Assembly: GCA_052279835.1 (NCBI GenBank)
Contig: CP181291.1
Span: 5,280,001 to 5,344,000, forward strand
DNA from: Microcoleus sp.
GTDB taxonomy: Bacteria > Cyanobacteriota > Cyanobacteriia > Cyanobacteriales > Microcoleaceae
Length of the DNA: 64,000 bases
Direction: 5' to 3'
Shown here: in pieces, positions 19,580 through 31,036 of the stretch
Layout of the letters: each line of letters opens with the position of its first letter
How positions within the stretch are numbered: position 1 is the stretch's first letter
Notes under the pieces: model-generated
Database searches by the model: none
Told to the model about the DNA's origin: nothing
What the model saw: only the letters and a program-made list of their open reading frames with translations
Position numbers and translations under genes: made by a program

Positions 19580-20068
19580 ATGAAATCAACAAAATGCGCC
19601 ATCGCCCTCGGTAGCAACCTAGGGGACTCCCTCACAATTCTCAAAAGCGCGATCGAAACTCTAAACAACACCCCAGAAATAGAAGTAAAATCTCATTCAA
19701 GCTGGTATCAAACAGCCCCAGTCGGGCCACCACAACCCGATTACATCAACGCCTGTGCCATCCTAGAAGTTACCCTAGAACCAGAACAGTTACTATTAGC
19801 TTTATTAGAAATAGAAATAAAATTTAATCGAATTCGCCAAGAAAAATGGGGACCCAGAACCCTAGACCTAGATTTGCTGTTATATGATAATTTAGTCCTA
19901 GAAACTCCCACGCTGACTCTGCCTCACCCCCGAATGACCGAAAGAGCATTTGTATTAGTGCCTTTGGCAGAAATTGCCCCGGATTGGGTGCATCCGGTGA
20001 CACGAAGTGCGATCGCACAAATGGTCCAAACGGCAGATTCTTCGGGAATAGAAAAAATGATAGTCTAG
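19580..20068 (+). CDS. folK: 2-amino-4-hydroxy-6-hydroxymethyldihydropteridine diphosphokinase
   Basis: IALGSNLGD, WGPRTLDLDLL, LPHPRMTERAFVLVPL. Confidence 0.97.
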   Translation: MKSTKCAIALGSNLGDSLTILKSAIETLNNTPEIEVKSHSSWYQTAPVGPPQPDYINACAILEVTLEPEQLLLALLEIEIKFNRIRQEKWGPRTLDLDLLLYDNLVLETPTLTLPHPRMTERAFVLVPLAEIAPDWVHPVTRSAIAQMVQTADSSGIEKMIV

Positions 20069-20181
20069 AAAAGACACAAAACTAATTATCACTTCTCAAT
20101 TCCCAATTTCCCATGCCCATGCAACCGGATTTGATATGATGTCATAAATCAGTGTACTCTCAAATTATTCATTTGTTGCTT

Positions 20182-20730
20182 ATGTCGAGCGATCGAGAAC
20201 TACCCAAAGTCCTGAAACAACGCCTGTTTTACCAAGGACGCAAATTTAATTTTGACGTAGCTACTCTCCGGCTTCCCAACGGTGCCGAAGGCGAATGGGA
20301 ATGTATTCATCACCCAGGCGGAGCCCTAGCAGTACCAGTCACCCGCGAAGGTAAACTTGTCTTGGTGCGACAATATCGTTTTGCGGCTCAAGGGCGAATT
20401 TTAGAATTTCCCGCTGGTACAATAGAAGTTAATGAAAACCCCGCCGAAACTATTAAACGCGAAATCGAAGAAGAAACAGGATATCGCGCGGGTAAATGGC
20501 AAAAATTAGGGGAATTTTTGCTCGCCCCCGGTTATTCAGATGAAATCATTTATGCTTTTTTAGCCCTAGATTTGGAAAAGCTGGAGAAGCCACCAGCACA
20601 AGACGATGATGAAGACATGGAAACCGTTTTATTCACTCCTGAAGAATTAGAAACAGCGATTTTATCTGGGGAACCCATAGATGCAAAATCTATTTCTAGC
20701 TTCTTTTTAGCCCGTCCTTTTTTAAATTAA
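20182..20730 (+). CDS. NUDIX hydrolase (ADP-ribose pyrophosphatase-like)
   Basis: Nudix box GTIEVNENPAETIKREIEEETGY; HPGG, LVRQYR. Confidence 0.9.
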   Translation: MSSDRELPKVLKQRLFYQGRKFNFDVATLRLPNGAEGEWECIHHPGGALAVPVTREGKLVLVRQYRFAAQGRILEFPAGTIEVNENPAETIKREIEEETGYRAGKWQKLGEFLLAPGYSDEIIYAFLALDLEKLEKPPAQDDDEDMETVLFTPEELETAILSGEPIDAKSISSFFLARPFLN

Positions 20731-20812
20731 AATGATTTGCTGACAATCTCGCGGATTGAGCCGTGGAGGTTGTTCTCAAACCTAAAATCTAAAATCTAAA
20801 ATCTAAAATCGA

Positions 20813-22264
20813 ATGTCTGATCTAATTTTATTTTGGCATCGCCGAGATTTGCGTATTTGTGATAACATAGGACTAGCAGCAGCACGGCAACAAAGCCCGA
20901 AAGTAGTAGGTCTTTTCTGTCTCGATCGCCAACTCCTCAATCTTGATGACGTAGCCCCAGCCAGAGTCACATACATGATGGGATGTTTGCAAAAACTTCA
21001 GCAGAGTTACGCGGAATCGGGCAGTCAATTACTGATAATTCAAGATGAACCTAGTGAAGCCATCCCCAGATTAGCCACAGCTATAAATGCCAAAGCAGTA
21101 TTTTGGAACTGGGATGTGGAACCCTATGCAAAAAAACGTGATTTTGCAGTATCTAATGCCCTAGCACAAACAGGAATTCAAGTCAAAAATTTCTGGGATC
21201 AACTACTGCACGCGCCAGAGGAAATTCGCACAGGCACGGGAAATCCATATACTGTTTATACACCATTTTGGAAAAAATGGAACAGCCTACCCAAAACCCA
21301 ACCAGTAGAGACACTGCCCATCATTTCTTTAGAAGAAATGACAGGATTAACCGCAGCAGAAACAGAAATTGCACGCCAAGCAGGTGCAATGGAAATGTTG
21401 CCTAGCGCCAGAGACTTGGGCTTTATTTGGGAAAATCCCTTGTTAATAGAACCAGGAGAAAATCCAGCGCAACAAAAATTAGAAGAATTTTGTGATTTGG
21501 CAATTTACGAATATCAAGACCAACGTAATTTTCCCATAATTAATGGCACATCCCAACTCAGCCCTGCTCTCAAATTTGGTGCCATCGGCATTCGCACAGT
21601 TTGGCAAGCTACCCAGAGATTAATGGATAATTGCCCCAACGAAGAAGGGCAGAAAAATATCCGCACTTGGCAACAGGAATTAGCGTGGCGAGAATTTTAT
21701 CAACACGCGATGTATAATTTTCCTGAATTAGCAGATGGGCCCTACCGTCAACCCTTCAAAGACTTTCCTTGGGAAAATGATGAAAAACTTTTTCAAGCCT
21801 GGTGTAGAGGCAAAACTGGCTATCCGATTGTAGATGCGGCAATGCGGCAGTTGAATCAGACTGGTTGGATGCACAATCGGTGCCGGATGATAGTCGCTAG
21901 TTTCCTCACTAAAGATTTAATTATTAACTGGCAGTGGGGGGAAAAATACTTTATGCAAAAATTGATAGATGGCGACCTTTCTGCTAATAATGGTGGCTGG
22001 CAGTGGAGTGCATCGAGTGGTATGGACCCGAAGCCTTTACGCATATTTAATCCCGCGAGTCAAGCTCAAAAATTTGACCGGGAAGGTGAATATATTCGGC
22101 ACTGGGTTCCTGAATTGCGCAGAGTAGATACGAAACTTTTGCTAACGGGAAATATTTTGCCCTTAGAACGCAAATTTCTTCCTTATCCCGATCGCATCGT
22201 AGATCATAATCAGCAGCAGCGTAAGTTTAAGGAACTTTATAAACAGCAAAAAATAGTTGATTAG
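20813..22264 (+). CDS. phrA: Deoxyribodipyrimidine (CPD) photolyase
   Basis: [57 protein letters not shown]. Confidence 0.93.
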   Translation: MSDLILFWHRRDLRICDNIGLAAARQQSPKVVGLFCLDRQLLNLDDVAPARVTYMMGCLQKLQQSYAESGSQLLIIQDEPSEAIPRLATAINAKAVFWNWDVEPYAKKRDFAVSNALAQTGIQVKNFWDQLLHAPEEIRTGTGNPYTVYTPFWKKWNSLPKTQPVETLPIISLEEMTGLTAAETEIARQAGAMEMLPSARDLGFIWENPLLIEPGENPAQQKLEEFCDLAIYEYQDQRNFPIINGTSQLSPALKFGAIGIRTVWQATQRLMDNCPNEEGQKNIRTWQQELAWREFYQHAMYNFPELADGPYRQPFKDFPWENDEKLFQAWCRGKTGYPIVDAAMRQLNQTGWMHNRCRMIVASFLTKDLIINWQWGEKYFMQKLIDGDLSANNGGWQWSASSGMDPKPLRIFNPASQAQKFDREGEYIRHWVPELRRVDTKLLLTGNILPLERKFLPYPDRIVDHNQQQRKFKELYKQQKIVD

Positions 22265-22747
22265 TCAGTAGTCAGTAGTCAGTTAGATTTGGTCCTGACC
22301 CCACCGAATCTCCAAGTAGCTAATCCCATCCCTTGAGGTATCGACAGGTGAGCCATTCGTTGAGAGACGATACATGACTAATCTTTAAGATGCTTATTCT
22401 TCAGCATTGAGGTTGTTTGCGCCTCCACGTGTTTGGTTCGATCGCCCTGGTGTGACCAAGTGTCAAAAGATCTCCATATTACCCCGTTGTAAAAAACCTA
22501 CACCTGTCACCCCCTACCTCCCCAAGGGGGGATGGCGGATGGGACATTGGAATTAACACCAATAACCAATATTAAGTTTTGTAACAAATTGTTCGTCAAA
22601 TCCTCCTTGAACTCGATCGACCAAGAGGCAAAACCCACCGCTGCGGATTTCCAGGCAGAGGCAGAAAACGAGTATAAGCCTTGTGGAGTCTTGCACCTAG
22701 CTCACCCAACGATGCAAGTTAAACAACCACCATCTCACTCAAAAATC

Positions 22748-22803
22748 AATCCCGACTAAAAAAATCGGGTATGGTTGACGCACTAATTTCACCGTGGTAT
22801 TCT
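22748..22803 (+). promoter_or_regulatory. Sigma70-type promoter with adjacent Rrf2/IscR-like palindrome
   Basis: TTGACG (22775-80), 17 bp, TATTCT (22798-803) with extended TG; palindrome AATCCCGACTAAAAAAATCGGGTAT at 22748-72. Confidence 0.6.
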
Positions 22804-22845
22804 GCGAAAAGAGTTAACAACATTGCAAAACTGGAGAGTTTAGCT

Positions 22846-24144
22846 ATGACCCAGGCGACCAGAACCCAATCGACAGCAGCAACCTTCACAGCCCTCAAGT
22901 GTAAAGAATGCGGCGAAGAATACGAACTTCAAGCAAAACACGTCTGCGATTGCTGTTTCGGGCCGCTAGAAGTCAAATACGATTACGATGCTATCCGCCG
23001 CACTGTTACCAGACAAACCATCGAAGCCGGACCAAACTCGATTTGGCGTTACCGCGCATTTCTGCCCGTCGCTACAGATAACGTGATCGATGTCGGCACC
23101 GGCATGACTCCTCTATTAAAATCGCACCGCCTAGCTCGTCGCCTGGGTCTAAAAAATCTTTATATTAAAAATGATGCGGTCAATATGCCCACTCTTAGCT
23201 TCAAAGATAGAGTGGTGTCCGTTGCCCTCAGTAGAGCGAGAGAATTAGGTTTCACAACAGTATCCTGTGCCAGCACTGGTAATTTAGCTAACTCTACGGC
23301 GGCGATCGCAGCCCACGCCGGACTCGACTGCGTAGTCTTCATCCCCTCCGACTTAGAAGCAGGCAAAGTCCTCGGCACCCTAATTTACAATCCAACCGTG
23401 ATGGCAGTTCACGGCAACTACGACCAAGTTAACCGCCTCTGCTGCGAAGTAGCCAATACACATGGCTGGGGATTTGTCAACATCAACTTGCGCCCCTACT
23501 ATTCCGAAGGCTCGAAAACCCTAGGCTACGAAGTGATCGAACAGCTTGGTTGGAAATTGCCCGATCACGTAGTTGCTCCCCTGGCTTCCGGTTCTTTGTT
23601 CACCAAAATTTACAAAGGCTTTAACGAATTCACCGAAGTCGGCTTAGTTGAAGGCAAGAAAGTCCGCTTCAGCGGTGCTCAAGCTGACGGCTGTTCCCCC
23701 ATCGCCCAAGCCTTCCGCGAAGGCCGCGATTTTGTTAAACCGGTGAAACCGAATACAATTGCTAAGTCGATCGCGATCGGCAATCCAGCAGACGGGATGT
23801 ACGCCCTCGACATCGCCCGCAAAACAGGTGGCAACATTGAATCCGTCAGCGACAGCGAAATCATCGAAGGCATGAAACTGCTAGCCGAAACCGAAGGCAT
23901 CTTCACCGAAACCGCAGGCGGCACCACCATCGCCGTCTTGAAGAAACTCGTAGAAGCAGGTAAAATCAACCCCGATGAAACCACCGTCGCCTACATCACC
24001 GGCAATGGCTTAAAAACCCAAGAAGCTGTCCAAGGCTACATCGGCGAACCCATCACCCTCGAACCAAAACTAGAAGCCTTCGAGCGCGCCCTAGAACGGG
24101 CTCGGACACTGGAACGCCTAGAATGGCAGCAAGTTTCGGTTTAA
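22846..24144 (+). CDS. thrC: Threonine synthase family PLP enzyme
   Basis: CxxC..CxxC N-terminus, PTLSFKDR (PLP Lys), CASTGN, EGSKT, ITGNGLK; ATG 22846 with GGAG upstream. Confidence 0.85.
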   Translation: MTQATRTQSTAATFTALKCKECGEEYELQAKHVCDCCFGPLEVKYDYDAIRRTVTRQTIEAGPNSIWRYRAFLPVATDNVIDVGTGMTPLLKSHRLARRLGLKNLYIKNDAVNMPTLSFKDRVVSVALSRARELGFTTVSCASTGNLANSTAAIAAHAGLDCVVFIPSDLEAGKVLGTLIYNPTVMAVHGNYDQVNRLCCEVANTHGWGFVNINLRPYYSEGSKTLGYEVIEQLGWKLPDHVVAPLASGSLFTKIYKGFNEFTEVGLVEGKKVRFSGAQADGCSPIAQAFREGRDFVKPVKPNTIAKSIAIGNPADGMYALDIARKTGGNIESVSDSEIIEGMKLLAETEGIFTETAGGTTIAVLKKLVEAGKINPDETTVAYITGNGLKTQEAVQGYIGEPITLEPKLEAFERALERARTLERLEWQQVSV

Positions 24145-24147
24145 TAA

Positions 24148-24266
24148 ATAGTCATTAGTCATTAGTCATTGGTCATTAGTTATCAAGCTGTTGACTGTTG
24201 ACTGCTGACTGTTGACTGTTGACTGCTGACTAATGACTGCTGACTAATGACTACTGACTAAGGACT
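24148..24266. repeat. Heptamer short tandem repeats (STRR)
   Basis: (GTCATTA)n followed by (GTTGACT/GCTGACT/AATGACT)n. Confidence 0.85.
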
Positions 24267-24272
24267 AAAAAA

Positions 24273-24548
24273 ATGAGTGTTAAAGTTTTAATTCCCACAC
24301 CACTGCAAAAATTCACCAACAATCAAGCCACAATAGAATGCGGTGGTGCAAACATTTCTGAACTGATTGAAGCCCTCGAAACAAATTGTCCCGGCATCAA
24401 AAAAAGCCTGTGCGACGAACAAGGAACACCTCGTAGATTTTTGAATTTCTACGTCAATGCTGAAGACATCCGGTTTTTGGAAGGTACCGAAACTGCTCTT
24501 AAAGATGGCGATGAAGTGAGTATTGTACCGGCAGTTGCTGGGGGTTGA
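24273..24548 (+). CDS. MoaD/ThiS-family sulfur-carrier protein
   Basis: Ubiquitin-like size, YVN.EDIRFL, C-terminal PAVAGG. Confidence 0.93.
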   Translation: MSVKVLIPTPLQKFTNNQATIECGGANISELIEALETNCPGIKKSLCDEQGTPRRFLNFYVNAEDIRFLEGTETALKDGDEVSIVPAVAGG

Positions 24549-24611
24549 TTTTTTCACCGCCAAGAGATGCCCGATGGGCTTGAGATACCCGATTTGTTTA
24601 ACAAGTCGGGT

Positions 24612-24714
24612 ATTCATCTCTCTCTTCTCTTCCTTCGCGTCCTACCCTACGGGAACGGCTTCGCCGAACGCGCCTTCGCGGTTAAATCATTCCGATACAA
24701 CCGGAATTGATATA
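24612..24714 (-). repeat. Family-T element (one end replaced by a 29-bp palindrome at 24585-24613)
   Basis: Reverse complement of 33875-33975. Confidence 0.8.
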
Positions 24715-24731
24715 AGGATTTGATAGAAACA

Positions 24732-24771
24732 AAACAGAAAGCCACAGGATACAACCTGTGGCTTTCTGTTT
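24732..24771. terminator. Probable bidirectional intrinsic terminator between moaD-like and rnj
   Basis: Perfect stem AAACAGAAAGCCACAGG-atacaa-CCTGTGGCTTTCTGTTT between convergent genes. Confidence 0.7.
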
Positions 24772-24779
24772 CTATCAAA

Positions 24780-26645
24780 CTAAGAAACTACGGAGGCTAC
24801 TTTTGCAGCAGTCCGAGGACGCCGACGACCTGTTACTTTATTTACAGGGGCTGGTACTGGCGATGGTACTGAAGATGCTAGTTTCGGTGCTTCAATGGAA
24901 AGCTGTTTTTGCACAGTTTCCGATCGCACTGCTTCTTCAGGAATTTGCATCAGGAATACCAGCATGGGATTGCTTTGCAATTCCCGTCGCAGCACTCGCG
25001 CAATTGCTTTTTCTATTTGTGTTTGCACTCCTACCCAGTCCACATCAACTTGTGAGTCAGCATTCGCCGCAGGTTTGACAAATTCTGACCAACGATCGCT
25101 CAAAATTGTTTCAATGGTTTGAGTGATTAGTCCGATCACCTCGGTGCGATCGGCTGATGTGACTACACCTTTCAAGTGTACTTCCGGCTTGGCCACTAAT
25201 TTGCCTTCCCAATTCAAAGCCGCCGCTACTGTTACCGCCCCATCTCCGGCTAACTGTTGGCGTTCCTTAAGCACGTTTGCTTTGACTACTCCCGATCGCG
25301 AAGAGTCTACTAATTCAATTCCTGAAGGCACTTTACCACCCACTCGCATCGAATTTTCGGTCAATTCTACAACATCGCCGTTGTCAATAATCACCATATT
25401 GCTAGCGGGAATGCCCATGCTTTGAGCTGTTTTTGAGTGCTGCACCAACATCCGGTGTTCCCCGTGCACGGGTAAGAAGAATTTGGGACGAGTCATGTTA
25501 ATCATTAACTTTTGGTCTTCTTGACAACCGTGTCCCGAAACGTGAATTCCCTTGTCGCGCCCGTAAACTACATTTGCGCCCAGCATCATCAATTTGTCGA
25601 TCGTATTTACCACTGCGATCGTATTTCCCGGAATCGGGTTAGCTGAGAAGATGACTGTATCGCCTTTTCTGATTTTCAGTTCGTGATGTTCCCCGTTAGC
25701 AATCCGAGTCATCGCCGCCATCGGTTCGCCTTGGGAACCTGTGGTTAAAATCAGTACCTTGTCATCTGGTAAATTGCGAATTTCTTTCAGGGGTTTGAAG
25801 ATACTATCTTCGCATTTGATGTAGCCTAGATTGCGGCAGTGAGCGATGACATTCAGCATCGATCGACCTACCACTCCTACATACCGATTGTTTTTCTTAG
25901 CTAGTTCTAAAACTATTTGCAATCGGTGTACTGAAGAAGCAAACGTCGTCACCATTACTCGTCCCGTTGCTTGAGCGATAATTCTGTCTAAATTCGGATA
26001 AACAGAACGTTCTGAAGCCGTAAAACCGGGAACTTCCGAGTTAGTGGAATCGCTAATCAAGCACAACACGCCTTTTTCGCCATACTCCGCCAGTTTTTGG
26101 AAGTCAAAATGCTCGCCGTCTACAGGAGTGTGGTCAATTTTAAAGTCTCCAGTGTGGATCAAAATTCCCACTGGGGTGTGAATCGCCACTGTGAAACTGT
26201 CGGCCATCGAGTGAGTGTTGCGAATATATTCGACTAAGAAATTCTTGCCAATTCTCACCATGTCGCGTGGTCTAACTGTCCTCAATTCTGTGCGGTGAGA
26301 AACTCCGGCTTCTTCTAATTTTCCGGCTAGCAAAGCCATAGCCAAACGCGGCCCGTAAATCACCGGAATTTCAAATTGTTTGAGGTGATAAGGGATACCG
26401 CCGATGTGGTCTTCGTGACCGTGAGTCACGATCATACCTTTAATTTTGTGGCTGTTTTCCCGCAGGTAAGTCATGTCTGGTAGGACAATATTTACCCCGT
26501 GCATTCCATCTGTCGGGAATGCTAAACCTGCATCCAAAAGAATTATTTCGTCTCCGTACTCGAATACACAAGTATTTTTACCGATTTCGTGGAGCCCGCC
26601 GAGGGGAATAACTTTTAGAGCCTGTCCAGTTGTATTTTTGATCAT
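24780..26645 (-). CDS. rnj: Ribonuclease J
   Basis: PLGGLHEIGKN, THGHEDHIG, HTGDFK, TTGSQGEP, HVSGHG, PVHGE. Confidence 0.96.
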   Translation of the reverse strand: MIKNTTGQALKVIPLGGLHEIGKNTCVFEYGDEIILLDAGLAFPTDGMHGVNIVLPDMTYLRENSHKIKGMIVTHGHEDHIGGIPYHLKQFEIPVIYGPRLAMALLAGKLEEAGVSHRTELRTVRPRDMVRIGKNFLVEYIRNTHSMADSFTVAIHTPVGILIHTGDFKIDHTPVDGEHFDFQKLAEYGEKGVLCLISDSTNSEVPGFTASERSVYPNLDRIIAQATGRVMVTTFASSVHRLQIVLELAKKNNRYVGVVGRSMLNVIAHCRNLGYIKCEDSIFKPLKEIRNLPDDKVLILTTGSQGEPMAAMTRIANGEHHELKIRKGDTVIFSANPIPGNTIAVVNTIDKLMMLGANVVYGRDKGIHVSGHGCQEDQKLMINMTRPKFFLPVHGEHRMLVQHSKTAQSMGIPASNMVIIDNGDVVELTENSMRVGGKVPSGIELVDSSRSGVVKANVLKERQQLAGDGAVTVAAALNWEGKLVAKPEVHLKGVVTSADRTEVIGLITQTIETILSDRWSEFVKPAANADSQVDVDWVGVQTQIEKAIARVLRRELQSNPMLVFLMQIPEEAVRSETVQKQLSIEAPKLASSVPSPVPAPVNKVTGRRRPRTAAKVASVVS

Positions 26646-26907
26646 GCGTATCCTTTGTTAGTTTTTTGTTATTTGTCTGTTGACTGTTGTCTTGTGTTTT
26701 TTTTGTCTGCTGTTTATTGATGTGGGAGCTTTTTTCCTGATATTTTTGGAAAAATCTCCAGGGGTTTTGACTCTCCCTTACAGTCAGTTGTCTTGGGTCT
26801 TCAATCACCACTTCTTAGTTTTCAGCTAATAACTCATAGCTAATCACTAATGATTAATGACTAATCACAACCAATATTTAGTTTTCAGAAAACTCGTTCT
26901 CGCCTTT

Positions 26908-27801
26908 CTAGCTAGCTGATATCTGTGCTAACTGACTCAGTGCGTCCTTTAATTTTTGAGTCACCTCAACGGGCGGATCGCACAGGGGCGGACGGGTGGA
27001 ACCTACATCCCAGCCTTGAAGTTTAAGAGCTGTCTTGACTGGAATCGGATTTGTGGTGAGAAAAAGAGCTTTAAACAAGTCAAATAGTTGCAAGTGAATC
27101 TGGGTAGCGACTTGAACTTGGCCCTTCTCAAAAGCTTCGATCATCTGTTGTAGTTGCTCTCCTACCAGGTGGCTGGCTACGCTAACTACACCAGATGCTC
27201 CTACCGCCAGCATCGGCAATGTTAGGGAATCATCTCCAGAATAGATGGCAAATTCAGGGGATGTCAAGCGTCTAATTTGGCTGGCTTGATCTAAGTTGCC
27301 ACTTGCTTCTTTTACTGCTACAATGTTCGGTATTTCTGCCAATTGAGCCACTGTTTCCGGCAACATATTTTGGCCAGTGCGACCGGGGATGTTATATAAC
27401 ATTATAGGCAATTCTGGAGCAGATTGCGCGATCGCCCGAAAATGATTGTACAAACCTTCTTGTGGTGGCTTGTTGTAATAGGGCACCACCTGCAAGCAAC
27501 CGTCTAAACCGAGTTTAGCTGCTTTTTGTGTTGCTTCGATCGCCTCGCGAGTTGAATTCGATCCCGCTCCTGCTATGACTTTTGCTTTACCTGCTACCGC
27601 CTGCTGCACCACCTGAAATAACTCGTACTCCTCATCCCAAGTCATCGTGGGAGATTCGCCCGTTGTTCCGCACACTACCAAGCTATCCGTACCGCGATCG
27701 GCTAAATACACCGCCAACTGCTCTGCTACCGCATAGTTAACGCTGCCGTCTTCCTTAAACGGCGTAATCATTGCAGTCAGAACCCGTCCAAACTTTACCA
27801 C
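26908..27801 (-). CDS. dapA: 4-hydroxy-tetrahydrodipicolinate synthase
   Basis: [35 protein letters not shown] start. Confidence 0.96.
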   Translation of the reverse strand: MVKFGRVLTAMITPFKEDGSVNYAVAEQLAVYLADRGTDSLVVCGTTGESPTMTWDEEYELFQVVQQAVAGKAKVIAGAGSNSTREAIEATQKAAKLGLDGCLQVVPYYNKPPQEGLYNHFRAIAQSAPELPIMLYNIPGRTGQNMLPETVAQLAEIPNIVAVKEASGNLDQASQIRRLTSPEFAIYSGDDSLTLPMLAVGASGVVSVASHLVGEQLQQMIEAFEKGQVQVATQIHLQLFDLFKALFLTTNPIPVKTALKLQGWDVGSTRPPLCDPPVEVTQKLKDALSQLAQISAS

Positions 27802-27915
27802 ACTTTCTCCGATTTTAGACTTGTGATTTTTGATTTGAAATTTTTGATTTTAGATGAAACGTTAATCTAAAATCCCTGCTGCTGCAAAACCTCTTACCTA
27901 TGGGGATAGTTCCCG

Positions 27916-28974
27916 CTACTTAGAAACCGCCGCCCGCTGGGTTTGCAGTAATTTTTTTGTGGCGAGCAACTCGGCTATCTGCACTGCATTTAAAGCCGCC
28001 CCTTTGCGAATTTGATCGCCACTTAGCCACATTTCCAACCCGCAGGGGTGAGAAATATCTTGGCGTATCCTGCCTACCAACACCTCATCCTTACCGCTAG
28101 CCTCTGCGGGCATCGGGAAATAATTCGCTTGCCAGTCTTCTACCAGCTTAACCCCTTTTGCCTGCTTTAAAATGTCTCTAGCCTCGATCGCACTAAAAGG
28201 CTCTGCAAATTCTAGATTAATCGCTTCCGAATGGGCCCGGAGTACGGGAACCCGAATACAAGTTGCAGAAATTTTGATTTCTTCAGTCCCAAATATTTTC
28301 CTAGTTTCGTTCACCATTTTCATCTCTTCCTCACAATACCCCAACTCGTTAATCGCGGTGTTGTGCGGAAACAAATTAAATGCTAGGGGGTAGGGAAATA
28401 TCTCCGTTTTGGGTGTTTCTCCCGCCAAAATTGCTCTGGCTTGAGCTTTCATTTCCTCCATTGCCCTAGCCCCTGCCCCGCTGGCAGACTGGTAAGTAGC
28501 TACCACTATGCGCTTGACTGGTCTCACTTGGTGAAGAGGCCAAACGGCCACTGCCATCAAAATCGTGGTGCAGTTGGGATTAGCAATGATACCTCTGTGA
28601 GACGCCACTGCTTCGGGATTAACTTCGGGAACCACTAGCGGTACCGTCGCATCCATACGGAAAGCGCTGGAATTGTCTATTACCACTGCTCCGGCTGCTA
28701 CTGCTTTCGGAGCCCAAAATTTGGAAGTAGACCCACCAGCCGAAGCCAGGACTAGATCTACATTATCAAAGGAGCGATCGGATACTGCCTCCACCGATAG
28801 CATGGAGCTACCAAAGGGCAGTTTTGCACCCGCAGAACGTTCCGAAGCCAGCAGCTTCAAATCTGCCAACGGAAAACTGCGACTGTGCAAGAGTTCTAGC
28901 AACTCCGCACCGACAGCACCCGTAGCACCTAAAATGGCAACTCGATAGGATTGAGACAAATTAGTTTCCTCCAC
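27916..28974 (-). CDS. asd: Aspartate-semialdehyde dehydrogenase
   Basis: GATGAVG, IDNSSAFRM, IANPNCTT, TYQSASGAG, RVPVLRAHSE, RKGAALNA. Confidence 0.97.
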   Translation of the reverse strand: MEETNLSQSYRVAILGATGAVGAELLELLHSRSFPLADLKLLASERSAGAKLPFGSSMLSVEAVSDRSFDNVDLVLASAGGSTSKFWAPKAVAAGAVVIDNSSAFRMDATVPLVVPEVNPEAVASHRGIIANPNCTTILMAVAVWPLHQVRPVKRIVVATYQSASGAGARAMEEMKAQARAILAGETPKTEIFPYPLAFNLFPHNTAINELGYCEEEMKMVNETRKIFGTEEIKISATCIRVPVLRAHSEAINLEFAEPFSAIEARDILKQAKGVKLVEDWQANYFPMPAEASGKDEVLVGRIRQDISHPCGLEMWLSGDQIRKGAALNAVQIAELLATKKLLQTQRAAVSK

Positions 28975-29454
28975 AAATTAGATTGTAAGCGATCGAAATC
29001 TGGAATTTTAATAACCGCAATACTCAATATAAAACTTAATTAATCTTAGGCGACATCAGAATCGGTTAGGATGGCAAGGGTGCAGTTAACCGGACTTGCC
29101 ACTCCAGCCTCACGGCTGCGATCGGAATCGTAGCCATCGCTAGTTTAGCAAGGAATGAACTGCCCTGTGGCCATAACCACAAACAAATAGCCTATTGTTG
29201 ACTTTGAGACGCTTTTGTGGCGTAGCATTGACGTCTGAAGGCGATACGTGCTATTGTGCTTCGGCAATTAGTGTGTTGAACCTCCACAAAGTGTTCTGCT
29301 CCGCAAAACCTATGCACAACAATGATTGGCAGCCTCGTCAGGTATAGGTGTTTGTAGTTGTGCCAGTACGATTAAAAGCGTACAAACTTAAAATGCAGGC
29401 AAAGTCAGATTTGTATGTATTTTATATCACTATTGTTAAATATCAAAGAAGCCG

Positions 29455-30870
29455 ATGAAAGTAACCCAGGAAAAACTTCCAGCTAGCCAAATTGGTCTGG
29501 AAATCGAAGTACCATCAGAAAAGTCAAAACAAGCCTACGAGCAAGTAATTAAACAATTTGCTCGCGAGATTAACATTCCTGGGTTCCGCAAAGGCAAAGT
29601 TCCCCGCCAAGTTTTGCTACAGCGCCTAGGTCAAACTCGATTGAAGGCGACGGCTTTGGAAAATTTGATTAACGACTCCCTGCAAAAAGCCCTGGAACAA
29701 GAAAAAATTGCAGCCATTGGCACTTTTGAACTCAGCACCGAGTTTGAAGAGTTACTGTCTAAGTTTGACCCGGAACAGCCCTTGACATTCTCAGCTAAGG
29801 TTGACGTAGAACCAGAAGTCAAAATGGGTGAGTACACAGGCTTGCAACTTCAAGCAGAAGAAGCTAAGTACGATGAGACTCAAGTAGATGAGGTATTGGC
29901 AAAATATCGATCGGACAAAGCTGCTTTAATCCCCATAGAAGGCAGACCAGCTCAATTAGGAGATATGGCTTTAGTTGATTTCTCCGGCAGATTTGCAGAG
30001 GCACCAGAAGGCGAAACTCCCGCAGAAATTCCCGGCGGTCAAGCCGAAGACTTTCAAGTAGAATTATCTGAAAATCAGTTTGTACCTGGTTTTATCCAAG
30101 GCATGATCGGAATGAATCCGGGAGAAACCAGAGAAGTTTCTGTACAGTTTCCTGACGAGTATAGCAGTGAAGAATTAGCCGGAAAACCAGCAGTCTTTAC
30201 GATTACTCTCAAAGAACTTAAGGAAAAAGAATTGCCGGAGTTGGACGACGATTTCGCCCAAGAAGTTAGCGAGTTTGAAACCTTGGCAGAACTGCGCGAG
30301 TCCCTAGAAACTCGCTTTAAAGGAGACCAAGAGCGCAAAACGTCAGGGAACAAAGAAAAAGCAATATTAGAAGCCCTAGTGGAACTAATAGAAGTGGAAA
30401 TTCCCGAAACAATGCTAGAACGCGAAGTAGATTTCTTGCTGAACCAACAAGCAGCCCAATTGAAAAATTACGGCATAGATATCAACCAACTGTTTACTGA
30501 AGAAAACATGGGACCGATGCGGGAACGCTCCCGTCCAGAAGCCATCCATCGCATCAAGCAGTCTCTAGCTCTAGCAGAAATAGCCAAGCTGGAATCTTTG
30601 TCTGTAGAACCCGCAGAAGTAGCAGCAGAAGTAGCTAGCGTCAGAAAGCAGTTTCCGAAAGGAGATTTTGACCCCGAAAGGTTGCAGCAATTTGTCCGAG
30701 AAGACTTGCTCAAACAAAAAACCCTCAAATGGTTGGAAGAAAAGGGGACAATCGAACTCTTACCAGAAGGTTCTCTGACTCCGGTAGTAGATGAAGATGA
30801 AGATGAAGATGATGAAGAAACTTCAGAAGCATCCACAACTGTTGAAGTAGAAGTGGTAGGAGAAAACTAG
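29455..30870 (+). CDS. tig: Trigger factor
   Basis: IPGFRKGKVP ribosome-binding motif, FKBP domain, LPELDDDFA. Confidence 0.97.
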   Translation: MKVTQEKLPASQIGLEIEVPSEKSKQAYEQVIKQFAREINIPGFRKGKVPRQVLLQRLGQTRLKATALENLINDSLQKALEQEKIAAIGTFELSTEFEELLSKFDPEQPLTFSAKVDVEPEVKMGEYTGLQLQAEEAKYDETQVDEVLAKYRSDKAALIPIEGRPAQLGDMALVDFSGRFAEAPEGETPAEIPGGQAEDFQVELSENQFVPGFIQGMIGMNPGETREVSVQFPDEYSSEELAGKPAVFTITLKELKEKELPELDDDFAQEVSEFETLAELRESLETRFKGDQERKTSGNKEKAILEALVELIEVEIPETMLEREVDFLLNQQAAQLKNYGIDINQLFTEENMGPMRERSRPEAIHRIKQSLALAEIAKLESLSVEPAEVAAEVASVRKQFPKGDFDPERLQQFVREDLLKQKTLKWLEEKGTIELLPEGSLTPVVDEDEDEDDEETSEASTTVEVEVVGEN

Positions 30871-31036
30871 CACCCGAAGCTAGAAGGGAAAAGGGGGGAG
30901 GGGGTGGCCAAATTCCCAATTCCCAATCCCCAATTCCCCCATCTCAGTCTAGAAAGGGCATAATAGTTAAAAGCTGGCGGCTTAATTTCAAGCTTTAATC
31001 AGCCGTAAAAAGTCTATAATCCTTGACTGGTGTCTT

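Noticed and set aside
22532..22759. 75-aa ORF upstream of thrC
   Set aside because: No motif or clear RBS; starts beside a palindromic repeat
22771..22845. Longer N-terminus of ThrC
   Set aside because: Overlaps the predicted promoter; ATG 22846 has an RBS-like GGAG
28975..29454. Riboswitch or ncRNA between asd and tig
   Set aside because: No recognisable conserved motif by eye; a covariance-model (Rfam) search would be needed
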